Below, in pieces: positions 34,763 to 53,651 of a stretch of DNA of 64,000 nt. Position numbers and translations under genes: made by a program. Numbering within the stretch: position 1 is the stretch's first letter; every line of letters begins with the position of its first letter. Source of the stretch: Escherichia coli (lineage in GTDB: Bacteria; Pseudomonadota; Gammaproteobacteria; Enterobacterales; Enterobacteriaceae); assembly GCF_024700885.2 (NCBI RefSeq), contig NZ_CP117016.1. The stretch is one strand, 5' to 3'. A model generated the notes under the pieces. It had not been told where the DNA came from, did no database searches, and worked only from the letters and a program-made list of their open reading frames with translations.

Positions 34763-36121
34763 TTAAAATTTCAGGGCGTTAGCGATATCTTCTTCGCTCT
34801 CTTCTTTATCAATCGCGTTTTGTGCTTTGTTAGCAACCACAACAAAGGGCAGATAAATTAACGTTGCGATACCAAGGTTGAAGAGTGCGACCAGCAATGC
34901 GGCGACGCTACCGTTGGTGTTAAAGAAGGCTCCCAGACCGGTTGGCATGGTCCACGGTGCAATATTGGTCACCGGAGGAATAATGCCCATGTAGTACGCT
35001 GCGAGGGTGATTGCCGCCAGAATCGGTTGTACCAGTACAAACGGAATAAACATCACCGGGTTCATGATAATTGGCAGACCAAACAGAATCGGTTCGTTAA
35101 TCTGGAAGATACCGGACGGCAGCGCCAGTTTTGCCACCTGACGATAATCAGCACGGCGAGAGGCGATAAAGATAGCCAGGATCAGACCCAAAGTCGCACC
35201 ACTGCCACCGAGGAAAATAAAGGAGTCCAGCATCGGCTTGGCCCAGATATGGAAGGTCTTACCGGCTGCCAGCGCCGCTTCGACGGAACCATATTGCTGA
35301 TAGGTCGCGATGTTTTCCAGCGCCCACGGCGTCATAATGCCGTTGTCCAGTGCGGTCAGCGCCAGCGCGCCATGAATACCGAAGAACCAGAGCAGTGGAA
35401 CAAAGATCACATAGGCCCAGCCCACCACGCTACCCAACGATGCCAGTGGGGTTGAGATGGTATCCATAATGATCTGATGGAAGTTGGTGCCCCAGGTATT
35501 CAACGCCCAGGCAATAATCCCCATCACGGAAAGAATAATAAAGCCGGGAATTAAAGCCGAGAAGGAACGCGATACTGAAGCAGGTACGCTGTCGGGCAAT
35601 TTAATGACCCAATTGCGGCGGACAATAAAGGTAAACATTTCTGCCACCACCAGGCCAATAATAATCCCGGAGATGATATTCGCCCCACCTAACCAGTTTG
35701 CGCCAACCGCATAGGCCTCACCGACACTATAAGGCGTGACGGTCATAAATGCTGCAACGGATAACAACCCGGCCGCCAGCGCATCGACTTTACGCTCTTC
35801 TGCCAGCGCCATGCCAATAAAGAACGGTGCCATTAAAGACATTATCCCTAATGTTCCGTTATATACGTTGCCGCCAATACCTTTCAGACCATTAAGTGTT
35901 TCAATGGTTGAGGCATCCAGGCGAATACCTAAGGAATAAAAAAACGACCCCTCCCCAAAGCTTAGAAAAACGTTGTTAATTAATACAAACATGGCCCCCG
36001 CAAGGGTTAACGGCATTAAGCGAATAAAGCCATTTTTGATTGCATTAACGTGTGGCTGCTTTCCTATTTTAACTGCAAAAGGGAGGAGTACCTTTTCAAG
36101 CGATGCAATAACATTACTCAT
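34763..36121 (-). CDS. chbC: PTS N,N'-diacetylchitobiose EIIC permease
   Basis: 452-aa polytopic membrane ORF. Confidence 0.93.
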
Positions 36122-36204
36122 AGAAAAATACCCTTAAAAACCGCAATTTAAATATTGCGGTATTGATTTATGAAATAACTCTTTGACGGGAAAATTTAAA
36201 AAAA

Positions 36205-36525
36205 TTAATTTGCTGCGGCTTTTTTAATCGCTGCAACCGCAGCCTTAAGCACGCCTAAACCATCGACTTTGCCATAAAGCAGCGAGTCAATTACTTCGAC
36301 CGGTTTGTTGGGTAACAAACGCTGGATTTCGGGCAACATATAAGCAATCTGTGGCCCTAATAACACGACATCGGCATTCTGACCTTTTTCACCAGCCAGT
36401 GTTTCCGGAAATGCTTCAATAATGACCGGAACTTCATATTTTTCTGCCTGTGCGCGCATTTTTGATACCAGTAAAGAGGTAGACATGCCCGCAGAACAAA
36501 ACAGATAAATGTGTTTCTTTTCCAT
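36205..36525 (-). CDS. chbB: PTS N,N'-diacetylchitobiose EIIB
   Basis: 106 aa, [20 protein letters not shown]... with the active-site Cys. Confidence 0.93.
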   Translation of the reverse strand: MEKKHIYLFCSAGMSTSLLVSKMRAQAEKYEVPVIIEAFPETLAGEKGQNADVVLLGPQIAYMLPEIQRLLPNKPVEVIDSLLYGKVDGLGVLKAAVAAIKKAAAN

Positions 36526-36765
36526 AAAACTGCCCTCATCGACGATTATCTGTCAGCCAGACACTCCGCAAGCCTTAACCTGCTTCCATGCTCTGGGTAA
36601 CTTGCGAAACCAACATGACTTTTTTTGTGGCTGAAAGGAGTATACGGTATAGACCTGAGCAATAGTATTTCTTTGACCTTATAAATTGTCTCTCCTTGAC
36701 CTGCGGTTATGACCCTCTTCACATTTCGGGCAAATAATTCGCGAAGATAATTAAGAACTCAGGCC

Positions 36766-36791
36766 AAAAAAAACCGGCACAATGGCCGGTT
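36766..36791 (-). terminator. Rho-independent terminator of osmE
   Basis: Minus-strand AACCGGC-cattgt-GCCGGTT hairpin followed by TTTTTTTT, ~30 nt after the osmE stop. Confidence 0.7.
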
Positions 36792-36823
36792 TCCGTTGTA
36801 ACTCAAGCTTTCAGGCGAAGTGA

Positions 36824-37162
36824 TTACTTCGCAGCCTGTGGATCAGTGTCGTATTCAGCACAGGTCTGATAACCGGAGTTGATGACATGTCCGGTATCAT
36901 CTAACGCGACAAAGTAGGTTTCTGCTTTACCATCACGTTGACCCAGGATGTAGGTCTGGCAAGTACCACGAGCATGGATCATGCTCACTTCAGACGAAGG
37001 TTTACCTGCAATTTGTGCAACCTGCGCCCGGCTCATGCCTTTTTTGACGTCTTTCACCACAGGCTGTACAAACTGGTCTTTGGTACGATCATAAGCCGTA
37101 CAACCCGCCAGCATGGTTAATACCGCCGCTGCACTCAGAATTCCTGCCATATTCTTGTTCAT
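36824..37162 (-). CDS. osmE: Osmotically inducible lipoprotein OsmE
   Basis: 112 aa; lipoprotein signal ...[12 protein letters not shown]. Confidence 0.93.
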
Positions 37163-37363
37163 ATTCCGTCCTCTTGTTTATCAGCGTGTTAGATAAGCCT
37201 GGAATACATTGGGCGCTTTTTCAAGCCCGTGAACGAAACGGCTCCGCTTTCAGAGGATTCCTGTATGACGTTTTAACCACCATTCAGCCCGCTGTCGCTT
37301 GTCGTTTCAGTAGCAACGGGTTAGCTTTAAGGAAGTTTTGTCTTTTCTGTCTGGAGGGGTTCA

Positions 37364-38191
37364 ATGACATTGCAACAACAAATAATAAAGGCGCTGGGCG
37401 CAAAACCGCAGATAAATGCTGAAGAGGAAATTCGTCGTAGTGTCGATTTTCTGAAAAGCTACCTGCAAACTTATCCGTTCATTAAATCACTGGTGCTCGG
37501 GATCAGCGGCGGTCAGGACTCCACGCTTGCCGGAAAGCTGTGCCAGATGGCGATTAATGAGCTGCGCCAGGAAACCGGCAACGAATCGCTGCAATTTATT
37601 GCCGTACGCCTGCCCTATGGTGTTCAGGCCGACGAACAAGATTGCCAGGATGCCATTGCCTTTATTCAACCGGATCGCGTATTAACCGTTAATATCAAGG
37701 GCGCGGTATTGGCCAGCGAGCAGGCATTGCGGGAAGCAGGCATTGAACTGAGCGATTTTGTCCGTGGCAATGAAAAAGCGCGTGAGCGGATGAAAGCACA
37801 ATATAGCATTGCGGGTATGACCAGCGGTGTCGTGGTGGGCACCGATCATGCAGCAGAAGCCATTACCGGATTCTTCACTAAATATGGTGACGGCGGTACG
37901 GACATTAATCCGCTGTATCGTCTCAACAAACGCCAGGGTAAACAGTTACTGGCGGCATTAGGTTGCCCGGAACACCTTTATAAGAAAGCGCCAACGGCCG
38001 ATCTGGAAGATGATCGCCCTTCTCTGCCAGATGAAGTGGCACTCGGCGTGACCTATGACAATATCGACGACTATCTGGAAGGGAAAAACCTACCTGAACA
38101 GGTCGCCAGAACAATAGAGAACTGGTATCTGAAAACCGAACATAAACGCCGTCCGCCAATTACCGTTTTCGATGATTTCTGGAAAAAGTAA
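37364..38191 (+). CDS. nadE: NH3-dependent NAD+ synthetase
   Basis: 275 aa; SGGQDS PP-loop motif. Confidence 0.95.
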   Translation: MTLQQQIIKALGAKPQINAEEEIRRSVDFLKSYLQTYPFIKSLVLGISGGQDSTLAGKLCQMAINELRQETGNESLQFIAVRLPYGVQADEQDCQDAIAFIQPDRVLTVNIKGAVLASEQALREAGIELSDFVRGNEKARERMKAQYSIAGMTSGVVVGTDHAAEAITGFFTKYGDGGTDINPLYRLNKRQGKQLLAALGCPEHLYKKAPTADLEDDRPSLPDEVALGVTYDNIDDYLEGKNLPEQVARTIENWYLKTEHKRRPPITVFDDFWKK

Positions 38192-38233
38192 TAATTTGCA
38201 CATATTGGTTTGTGCGAAAAAGAGTACTTTGTT

Positions 38234-38266
38234 CACGCCGGATGCGGCGTGAACGCCTTATTCGCC
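38234..38266. repeat. REP-like palindromic unit
   Basis: CACGCCGGATGCGGCGTGAACGCCTTATTCGCC resembles the REP consensus GCCGGATGCGGCGTgAACGCCTTATCCGGCC. Confidence 0.6.
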
Positions 38267-38389
38267 CCACAAAACTATGCAAATTCAATACATTGCATGA
38301 GTCGAATAGGCCTGACAGGCGTAGCACGTCAGATGGTGTAACCTTTGTCATCAACCCGCCTCTTTTTTAATCGCTCCCCGCCTGTTACA

Positions 38390-38405
38390 CTGGATAGATA
38401 ACCAG
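38390..38405. promoter_or_regulatory. LexA box upstream of cho
   Basis: CTGGATAGATAACCAG (CTG-N10-CAG) 16 nt upstream of the cho start; cho is a known SOS gene. Confidence 0.55.
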
Positions 38406-38420
38406 CATTCGGAGTCAACA

Positions 38421-39921
<1,501 letters not shown>

Positions 39922-40045
39922 TTAGTGGCGATCAGGCTTTTTTTGCATCTGTTTGAGAACAAAAAAGAAAACCGCCGATCCTGTCCACCGCATTACTGCA
40001 AGGTAGTGGACAAGACCGGCGGTCTTAAGTTTTTTGGCTGAAAGA

Positions 40046-40531
40046 TTATTCAGCAGTTGCAGGCATTTTACCTTTTGCCGCTGGACGTTCTGTCAGACGC
40101 TTCTCAAAATTAGCATTAAATTGCTTTTTCTGTTCCGGCGTCAGGATGTTGTAAATCTTGTTCTGGGTTTCCATGTGCGCCAGCATGTTAGCTTTGCGCT
40201 GTTCTTCCATTTTTGCGATCTGCGCTTCAGCTTTTGCTTTATCGAAGGTATCGCTGGCAATGATGTCATGCATTGCGCGGCGTTCTTCCAGCGGCGGACG
40301 TTTCATCTGGTCACGCTGGCCTTTCATGATTTCGCGGATCTGCTGTTTCTGCGCGTCGGTCAGGTTCAGGTCTTTGAACATCATGTCCTGATGCGGACCG
40401 AACTTGCCTTTGTGGTGCATCATCGGCTTCGCGTCAGCCGATGCTACGGTAGTGGTGTCTGCGGCATGGGCCAGGTTAGCCGCGCCAAGAGCCAGGGTAG
40501 AGGCAACAAACAGTGCAGTTAATTTACGCAT
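40046..40531 (-). CDS. spy: Periplasmic chaperone Spy
   Basis: 161 aa; signal peptide then MMHHKGKFGPHQDMMFKDLNLTDAQKQQIREIM. Confidence 0.95.
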   Translation of the reverse strand: MRKLTALFVASTLALGAANLAHAADTTTVASADAKPMMHHKGKFGPHQDMMFKDLNLTDAQKQQIREIMKGQRDQMKRPPLEERRAMHDIIASDTFDKAKAEAQIAKMEEQRKANMLAHMETQNKIYNILTPEQKKQFNANFEKRLTERPAAKGKMPATAE

Positions 40532-40860
40532 ATTCTATATCCTTCCTTTCAGTTATTTATTACGGCTTTCTTAAGTAGCGTGCCGTGTTGACGAGATTAA
40601 CTTTACTGACTTTAGCGTCAATTAATCAGAGCAACGGTAAAACAATGAAAGTGTAAAAAACACTTTTGCGCCAATTATGGAGAAAAAAAGAAAATTTGAT
40701 GGAGAGTGATGAGAGAATATTACAACACGATGATTTTGCAGAGATTATGAAGAACTATACCGGATGACTGGTGATAAATAAAGCAAATAACCAGGATTAA
40801 TCTGTATTAATTTATAAGAAAGCAACTTAATACCCGCAGAATGATTTCTGCGGGTAAGTA

Positions 40861-46924
<6,064 letters not shown>

Positions 46925-46960
46925 TTAATAATAAGTAATGTTTGCGCTGTAAATGTAGAT

Positions 46961-46976
46961 TGCAGGGTTCGTGCCA
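46961..46976 (-). promoter_or_regulatory. Sigma-54 (-24/-12) promoter element for astCADBE
   Basis: Minus-strand TGGCACGAACCCTGCA fits TGGCACG-N4-TTGCW, ~70 nt upstream of the astC ATG; ast is known to be NtrC/sigma-54 controlled. Confidence 0.55.
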
Positions 46977-47333
46977 GCCAGTGATAAAAGTGCATAAACC
47001 GCGATGGCTAACTGGAAATCAAGGAGTTATAACCAAACCATATGCATTTAAAGTGCATATAAAGTGAATACGTTTGCGATGTGGGTGAATAAAAAGAATA
47101 AAAAACGCAATGTTATGCAGAAGTAAAATATAATTCTGGAATTGTGATCATTGACGAAATTTGCTGGAAATTACTGCGCCATTCTGACGCAGCGCGCACC
47201 AAAAGCGGGCATTTTTTGCGCCATCGTTGACATCATTAACAACCATCGATCAAATCACTTAACAACAGGCGGTACGCAAAGCGAAATTCTGCTACCATCC
47301 ACGCACTCTTTATCTGAATAAATGGCAGCGACT

Positions 47334-48140
47334 ATGAAATTTGTCTCTTTTAATATCAACGGCCTGCGCGCCAGACCTCACCAGCTTGAAGCCATCGTCG
47401 AAAAGCACCAACCGGATGTAATTGGCCTGCAGGAGACAAAAGTTCATGACGATATGTTTCCGCTCGAAGAGGTGGCGAAGCTCGGCTACAACGTGTTTTA
47501 TCACGGGCAGAAAGGCCATTATGGCGTGGCGCTGCTGACCAAAGAGACGCCGATTGCCGTGCGTCGCGGCTTTCCCGGTGACGACGAAGAGGCGCAGCGG
47601 CGGATTATTATGGCGGAAATCCCCTCACCGCTGGGTAATGTCACCGTGATCAACGGTTACTTCCCGCAGGGTGAAAGCCGCGACCATCCGATAAAATTCC
47701 CGGCAAAAGCGCAGTTTTATCAGAATCTGCAAAACTACCTGGAAACCGAACTCAAGCGTGAAAATCCGGTGCTGATTATGGGCGATATGAATATCAGTCC
47801 TGGCGACCTGGATATTGGCATTGGCGAAGAGAACCGTAAGCGCTGGCTGCGTACCGGAAAATGTTCTTTCCTCCCGGAGGAACGCGAATGGATGGAGAGA
47901 CTGATGAGCTGGGGGTTGGTCGATACCTTCCGCCATGCGAATCCACAAACAGCCGATCGTTTCTCATGGTTTGATTACCGCTCAAAAGGTTTTGACGATA
48001 ACCGTGGTCTGCGCATCGACCTGCTTCTCGCCAGCCAACCGCTGGCAGAATGTTGCGTAGAAACCGGCATCGACTATGAAATTCGCAGCATGGAAAAACC
48101 GTCCGATCACGCCCCCGTCTGGGCGACCTTCCGCCGCTAA
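47334..48140 (+). CDS. xthA: Exodeoxyribonuclease III
   Basis: 268 aa from [36 protein letters not shown]... Confidence 0.96.
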   Translation: MKFVSFNINGLRARPHQLEAIVEKHQPDVIGLQETKVHDDMFPLEEVAKLGYNVFYHGQKGHYGVALLTKETPIAVRRGFPGDDEEAQRRIIMAEIPSPLGNVTVINGYFPQGESRDHPIKFPAKAQFYQNLQNYLETELKRENPVLIMGDMNISPGDLDIGIGEENRKRWLRTGKCSFLPEEREWMERLMSWGLVDTFRHANPQTADRFSWFDYRSKGFDDNRGLRIDLLLASQPLAECCVETGIDYEIRSMEKPSDHAPVWATFRR

Positions 48141-48306
48141 TTTAGCAGCTCTCCTGGCTCAAACTGGGTCAGGAGAATTAACCTTGAGAAAAATCAACAA
48201 ACTGTCAGTAATGATTTGTTGCCTGCCGTCCTTTGTTATACCGTCACTGCGTTTTTAGTTGTCTGACCACTTCTCTATTATCAAGTTTGATATAGGAAAC
48301 TCCACG

Positions 48307-49016
48307 ATGAACGCTGAGCGTAAATTTCTTTTTGCCTGTCTTATTTTTGCGCTGGTCATTTACGCTTTCCACGCTTTCGGTTTATTCGAGCTGCTCACCG
48401 ATTTACCTCACTTACTGACACTCATTCGCCAGAGCGGATTGTTCGGTTATAGCCTCTATATTCTGTTATTCATCATTGCCACCCTCTTTCTGTTACCAGG
48501 AAGCATACTGGTGATCGCTGGAGGAATAGTTTTGGCCCGCTCTTAGGGACACTACTATCATTAATTGCCGCCACGCTGGCCTCCTCGTGCTCATTCCTGC
48601 TGGCGCGCTGGCTGGGACGTGATTTACTGCTGAAATACGTTGGCCATAGCCATACCTTTCAGGCCATTGAAAAAGGCATTGCGCGTAACGGTATTGATTT
48701 TCTTATTCTGACCCGCTTAATCCCGTTGTTTCCTTACAATATTCAAAATTACGCTTACGGATTAACCACAATCACCTTCTGGCCTTATACCCTTATTTCG
48801 GCACTCACAACCCTGCCCGGTATTGTTATTTATACCGTGATGGCAAGCGATCTCGCCAATGAAGGCATTACGCTGCGCTTTATTTTACAACTCTGTCTGG
48901 CGGGCCTGGCGCTGTTTATTCTCGTCCAGCTCGCAAAACTCTACGCCCGACACAAACATGTGGATCTGTCTGCTTCGCGCCGCAGCCCACTTACTCACCC
49001 AAAAAATGAAGGATAG
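48307..49016 (+). pseudogene. ydjX: ydjX (DedA/TVP38 family membrane protein) interrupted by a 1-nt frameshift at ~48530-48533
   Basis: N-terminal part ends at TAG 48544-48546; the C-terminal part continues in another frame from ~48528 to 49016; total span is 710 nt. Confidence 0.65.
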
Positions 49017-49020
49017 AACG

Positions 49021-49698
49021 ATGTTGCAACATTATTCAGTGTCATGGAAAAAAGGACTGGCTGCACTCTGCTTACTGGCTGTTGCCGGGCTTAGCGGCTG
49101 CGATCAAAAAGAGAATGCTGCTGCAAAAGTGGAATACGACGGACTTTCGAACAGCCAACCGCTGCGTGTCGATGCCAATAACCATACGGTAACCATGCTG
49201 GTGCAAATTAATGGTCGTTTCCTCACCGACGACACTCGTCACGGTATTGTGTTTAAAGATGGCTCCAACGGACATAAATCGCTGTTTATGGGTTATGCGA
49301 CCCCGAAAGCATTTTATGAAGCCCTGAAAGAGGCAGGTGGTACGCCGGGCGAAAACATGACGATGGATAATAAAGAAACGACTCATGTCACAGGCAGCAA
49401 ACTGGATATTTCGGTCAACTGGCAAGGGGCGGCAAAAGCGTATTCCTTCGATGAAGTGATTGTTGACAGTAATGGTAAGAAACTGGACATGCGCTTTGGC
49501 GGTAATTTAACGGCAGCAGAAGAGAAGAAAACGGGTTGCCTGGTGTGTCTGGATAGCTGCCCGGTCGGCATCGTCAGCAATGCAACATACACTTATGGTG
49601 CGGTGGAAAAACGCGGCGAAGTGAAATTCAAAGGCAATGCCTCAGTTCTCCCGGCGGATAACACGCTGGCAACGGTTACCTTTAAAATCACCGAATAA
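49021..49698 (+). CDS. ydjY: Putative lipoprotein YdjY
   Basis: 225 aa from MLQHYSVSWKKGLAALCLLAVAGLSGC... Confidence 0.85.
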   Translation: MLQHYSVSWKKGLAALCLLAVAGLSGCDQKENAAAKVEYDGLSNSQPLRVDANNHTVTMLVQINGRFLTDDTRHGIVFKDGSNGHKSLFMGYATPKAFYEALKEAGGTPGENMTMDNKETTHVTGSKLDISVNWQGAAKAYSFDEVIVDSNGKKLDMRFGGNLTAAEEKKTGCLVCLDSCPVGIVSNATYTYGAVEKRGEVKFKGNASVLPADNTLATVTFKITE

Positions 49699-49711
49699 AG
49701 CAGGATAACGG

Positions 49712-50419
49712 ATGATGAAGATGCAATCGCGTAAAATCTGGTACTACCGTATAACCCTCATCATCCTGTTGTTCGCTGTGCTGCTGGCATGGGCGCTGCT
49801 TCCCGGCGTCCATGAGTTTATCAATCGCAGCGTTGCGGCGTTTGCCGCCGTGGACCAACAGGGTATAGAACGCTTTATTCAGTCTTACGGCGCACTAGCG
49901 GCAGTTGTCTCGTTCTTGTTGATGATTTTACAGGCCATTGCTGCACCGCTACCTGCGTTTTTGATCACCTTTGCCAATGCGTCGCTGTTTGGTGCGTTCT
50001 GGGGCGGCTTACTGTCGTGGACCAGTTCGATGGCCGGCGCGGCGCTGTGCTTTTTTATCGCCAGAGTGATGGGCCGCGAAGTGGTGGAAAAATTAACCGG
50101 CAAAACCGTACTTGACAGTATGGACGGCTTTTTCACTCGCTACGGCAAACACACCATCCTGGTATGTCGGTTATTGCCTTTTGTCCCTTTCGATCCAATC
50201 AGCTATGCTGCCGGTTTGACTTCAATACGTTTTCGCTCGTTTTTTATCGCCACCGGGCTTGGTCAGTTACCGGCAACTATTGTTTATTCCTGGGCGGGCA
50301 GCATGTTAACAGGCGGTACTTTCTGGTTTGTCACCGGACTGTTTATTCTGTTTGCCCTGACCGTGGTGATTTTTATGGCGAAGAAAATATGGCTTGAGCG
50401 CCAGAAGAGGAATGCCTGA
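49712..50419 (+). CDS. ydjZ: DedA/TVP38-family inner membrane protein YdjZ
   Basis: 235-aa membrane ORF. Confidence 0.88.
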   Translation: MMKMQSRKIWYYRITLIILLFAVLLAWALLPGVHEFINRSVAAFAAVDQQGIERFIQSYGALAAVVSFLLMILQAIAAPLPAFLITFANASLFGAFWGGLLSWTSSMAGAALCFFIARVMGREVVEKLTGKTVLDSMDGFFTRYGKHTILVCRLLPFVPFDPISYAAGLTSIRFRSFFIATGLGQLPATIVYSWAGSMLTGGTFWFVTGLFILFALTVVIFMAKKIWLERQKRNA

Positions 50420-50967
50420 TGGGTTTACCGCCGCTTAGCAAAATTCCTTTCATTTTACGTCCGCAGGCGTGGCTGCATCGTCGCCATTACGGCGAGGTGC
50501 TAAGCCCCATTCGCTGGTGGGGGCGGATCCCGTTTATCTTTTATCTGGTGTCGATGTTTGTCGGCTGGCTGGAGCGCAAACGCTCACCGCTCGATCCAGT
50601 AGTGCGATCGCTTGTCAGCGCGCGCATTGCGCAAATGTGCCTGTGTGAGTTTTGCGTGGATATCACCAGTATGAAAGTCGCCGAGCGTACCGGCAGCACC
50701 GATAAACTGCTGGCAGTGGCTGACTGGCGGCAAAGCCCGCTCTTTAGCGATGAAGAACGGCTGGCGCTGGAGTACGCCGAAGCCGCAAGCGTCACACCGC
50801 CAACGGTCGATGATGCCCTGCGTACCCGACTGGCTACCCATTTTGACGCTCAGGCACTCACCGAACTGACGGCATTGATCGGCCTGCAAAATCTGTCAGC
50901 CCGTTTTAATTCTGCCATGGACATTCCCGCTCAGGGGCTGTGCCGTATTCCTGACAAACGTTCTTAA
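50419..50967 (+). CDS. ynjA: Carboxymuconolactone decarboxylase-family protein YnjA
   Basis: 182-aa ORF; start overlaps the ydjZ stop (ATGA). Confidence 0.85.
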   Translation: MGLPPLSKIPFILRPQAWLHRRHYGEVLSPIRWWGRIPFIFYLVSMFVGWLERKRSPLDPVVRSLVSARIAQMCLCEFCVDITSMKVAERTGSTDKLLAVADWRQSPLFSDEERLALEYAEAASVTPPTVDDALRTRLATHFDAQALTELTALIGLQNLSARFNSAMDIPAQGLCRIPDKRS

Positions 50968-50976
50968 GGAGAGATG

Positions 50977-52143
50977 ATGCGCCATTGTGGGTGGTTGCTG
51001 GGATTGTTATCGCTGTTTTCTTTGGCAACACATGCCAGAGACTGGCAGGAAATCAAAAACGACGCCAAAGGGCAAACCGTCTGGTTTAACGCCTGGGGCG
51101 GCGATACCGCAATTAACCGCTATCTCGACTGGGTTAGCGGCGAGATGAAAACCCATTACGATATAAACCTGAAGATTGTTCGTCTCGCGGATGCCGCAGA
51201 CGCGGTGAAGCGCATTCAGACCGAAGCTGCTGCCGGGCGCAAAACGGGCGGCTCGGTGGATCTACTCTGGGTGAACGGCGAAAACTTCCGCACCTTAAAA
51301 GAGGCTAATTTACTGCAAACCGACTGGGCAGAGACTCTGCCCAACTGGCGCTATGTCGACACGCAGCTGCCGGTGCGGGAAGATTTTTCAGTGCCTACAG
51401 AAGGGGCTGAATCGCCCTGGGGTGGCGCACAACTGACGTTTATCGCCCGCCGCGATGTTACGCCACAGCCACCACAAACGCCGCAAGCCTTACTGGAGTT
51501 TGCTAAAGCCAATCCCGGCACGGTTACCTATCCGCGCCCACCGGACTTTACCGGCACGGCGTTTCTTGAACAGTTGCTGATTATGCTAACGCCAGATCCC
51601 ACAGCATTAAAAGAAGCGCCGGACGATGCCACTTTCGCCAGCGTCACTGCGCCCTTATGGCAATATCTTGATGCACTACATCCGTATTTGTGGCGCGAAG
51701 GAAAGGATTTCCCGCCTTCGCCCGCGCGGATGGATGCTCTGCTGAAAGCCGACACATTGCGCCTGTCACTGACCTTTAACCCCGCGCATGCGCAGCAAAA
51801 AATCGCCAGCGGCGATTTGCCTGCAAGCAGTTACAGTTTTGGTTTTCGCGAGGGAATGATTGGCAACGTGCATTTCGTCACCATTCCTGCTAACGCGAAT
51901 GCCAGTGCTGCGGCGAAGGTTGTCGCCAATTTCCTGCTCTCACCCGATGCACAACTGCGTAAAGCAGACCCTGCTGTCTGGGGCGATCCTTCGGTTCTCG
52001 ATCCGCAAAAACTGCCTGACGGGCAGCGCGAAAAATTGCAATCAAGAATGCCGCAGGATCTGCCGCCGGTACTGGCTGAACCGCACGCAGGTTGGGTAAA
52101 TGCGCTGGAACAAGAATGGCTACACCGTTACGGTACGCATTAA
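50977..52143 (+). CDS. ynjB: ABC transporter periplasmic substrate-binding protein YnjB
   Basis: 388 aa with signal peptide. Confidence 0.88.
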   Translation: MRHCGWLLGLLSLFSLATHARDWQEIKNDAKGQTVWFNAWGGDTAINRYLDWVSGEMKTHYDINLKIVRLADAADAVKRIQTEAAAGRKTGGSVDLLWVNGENFRTLKEANLLQTDWAETLPNWRYVDTQLPVREDFSVPTEGAESPWGGAQLTFIARRDVTPQPPQTPQALLEFAKANPGTVTYPRPPDFTGTAFLEQLLIMLTPDPTALKEAPDDATFASVTAPLWQYLDALHPYLWREGKDFPPSPARMDALLKADTLRLSLTFNPAHAQQKIASGDLPASSYSFGFREGMIGNVHFVTIPANANASAAAKVVANFLLSPDAQLRKADPAVWGDPSVLDPQKLPDGQREKLQSRMPQDLPPVLAEPHAGWVNALEQEWLHRYGTH

Positions 52144-53651
52144 TCTTTTTGCTGTGGGCGATGGTGGCGGTGATTTATGCACCGCTGATCCCGGCAACTC
52201 TCACGCTGATATCGCCTGCTTTGTCGTTGACACACTGGCAGGCGTTATTTGCTGACCCGCAGTTACCGCAGGCATTACTGGCAACGCTGGTGTCGACAAC
52301 CATTGCGGCGGGCGGGGCGTTGTTGATTGCCCTGCTGGTGATTGTGGCGCTGTGGCCCGGGCCGAAATGGCAGCGTATGTGCGCCCGTCTGCCGTGGCTG
52401 CTCGCCATTCCCCATGTGGCTTTTGCCACCAGCGCCCTTCTGCTCTTTGCTGACGGAGGGCTGCTTTATGACTATTTCCCATATTTCACTCCGCCAATGG
52501 ACAAATTGGGTATTGGGCTGGGCTTCACGCTGGCGGTGAAAGAAAGCGCATTTCTATTGTGGATCTTAGCGGCAGTATTGAGCGAAAAACGGCTGTTGCA
52601 GCAACTCATTGTGCTGGATTCGCTGGGCTACAGCCGCTGGCAATGCCTGAACTGGCTACTGTTGCCCTCCGTCGCGCCTGCGCTGGCAATGGCGATGCTG
52701 GCGATTGTTGCCTGGTCGCTGTCGGTCGTGGATGTGGCGATTATTCTTGGGCCAGGTAATCCACCGACGCTGGCAGTAATTAGCTGGCAGTGGTTAACTC
52801 AGGGCGAAGCCGATCAACAAACGAAAGGCGCACTCGCCAGCCTGCTGCTGATGCTGTTACTCGCCGCCTACGTTTTGCTGGGCTATCTGCTATGGCGTAG
52901 CTGGCGGCGTACTATTCCCCGCGTAGATGGCGTTCGTAAGCCTGCCACGCCTTTATTGCCTGGCATTACGCTGGCGAGTCTTTTACCCTTAACCGGTGTG
53001 CTGTGTGTGGTTCTGCTGACGATCCTCGCGGATCAGTCGACGATCAATAGTGAAGCGCTCATCAACAGCCTGACAATGGGGCTGGTGGCGACATTCATCG
53101 CTTTGCTCCTGTTACTGCTGTGGCTGGAATGGGGGCCACAGCGTCGCCAGTTGTGGCTATGGTTGCCCATTTTATTACCCGCTCTGCCACTGGTGGCGGG
53201 CCAGTACACGCTGGCGCTATGGCTAAACATGGATGGAAGCTGGACGGCGGTGGTCTGGGGGCATCTGCTGTGGGTAATGCCGTGGATGCTGTTTATCCTG
53301 CAACCCGCCTGGCAGCGCATTGATTCACGGTTAATTTTGATTGCGCAAACACTGGGCTGGTCGCAGTCCAAAATCTTCTTTTACGTGAAATGTCCGCTTA
53401 TGCTACGCCCTACGCTGATTGCCTTCGCGGTGGGATTTTCAGTCAGTATTGCACAGTATATGCCGACGCTGTGGCTGGGCGCGGGGCGTTTTCCGACGCT
53501 CACCACTGAAGCGGTGGCATTAAGCAGCGGCGGCAGCAACGGTATTCTCGCCGCCCAGGCTTTATGGCAACTGCTATTACCGCTTATTATTTTTGCCCTG
53601 ACCGCGTTAGTCGCAAAATGGGTAGGTTATGTCAGACAAGGACTCCGCTAA
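52116..53651 (+). CDS. ynjC: ABC transporter permease YnjC
   Basis: 511-aa polytopic membrane ORF. Confidence 0.88.
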   Translation: MATPLRYALIFLLWAMVAVIYAPLIPATLTLISPALSLTHWQALFADPQLPQALLATLVSTTIAAGGALLIALLVIVALWPGPKWQRMCARLPWLLAIPHVAFATSALLLFADGGLLYDYFPYFTPPMDKLGIGLGFTLAVKESAFLLWILAAVLSEKRLLQQLIVLDSLGYSRWQCLNWLLLPSVAPALAMAMLAIVAWSLSVVDVAIILGPGNPPTLAVISWQWLTQGEADQQTKGALASLLLMLLLAAYVLLGYLLWRSWRRTIPRVDGVRKPATPLLPGITLASLLPLTGVLCVVLLTILADQSTINSEALINSLTMGLVATFIALLLLLLWLEWGPQRRQLWLWLPILLPALPLVAGQYTLALWLNMDGSWTAVVWGHLLWVMPWMLFILQPAWQRIDSRLILIAQTLGWSQSKIFFYVKCPLMLRPTLIAFAVGFSVSIAQYMPTLWLGAGRFPTLTTEAVALSSGGSNGILAAQALWQLLLPLIIFALTALVAKWVGYVRQGLR

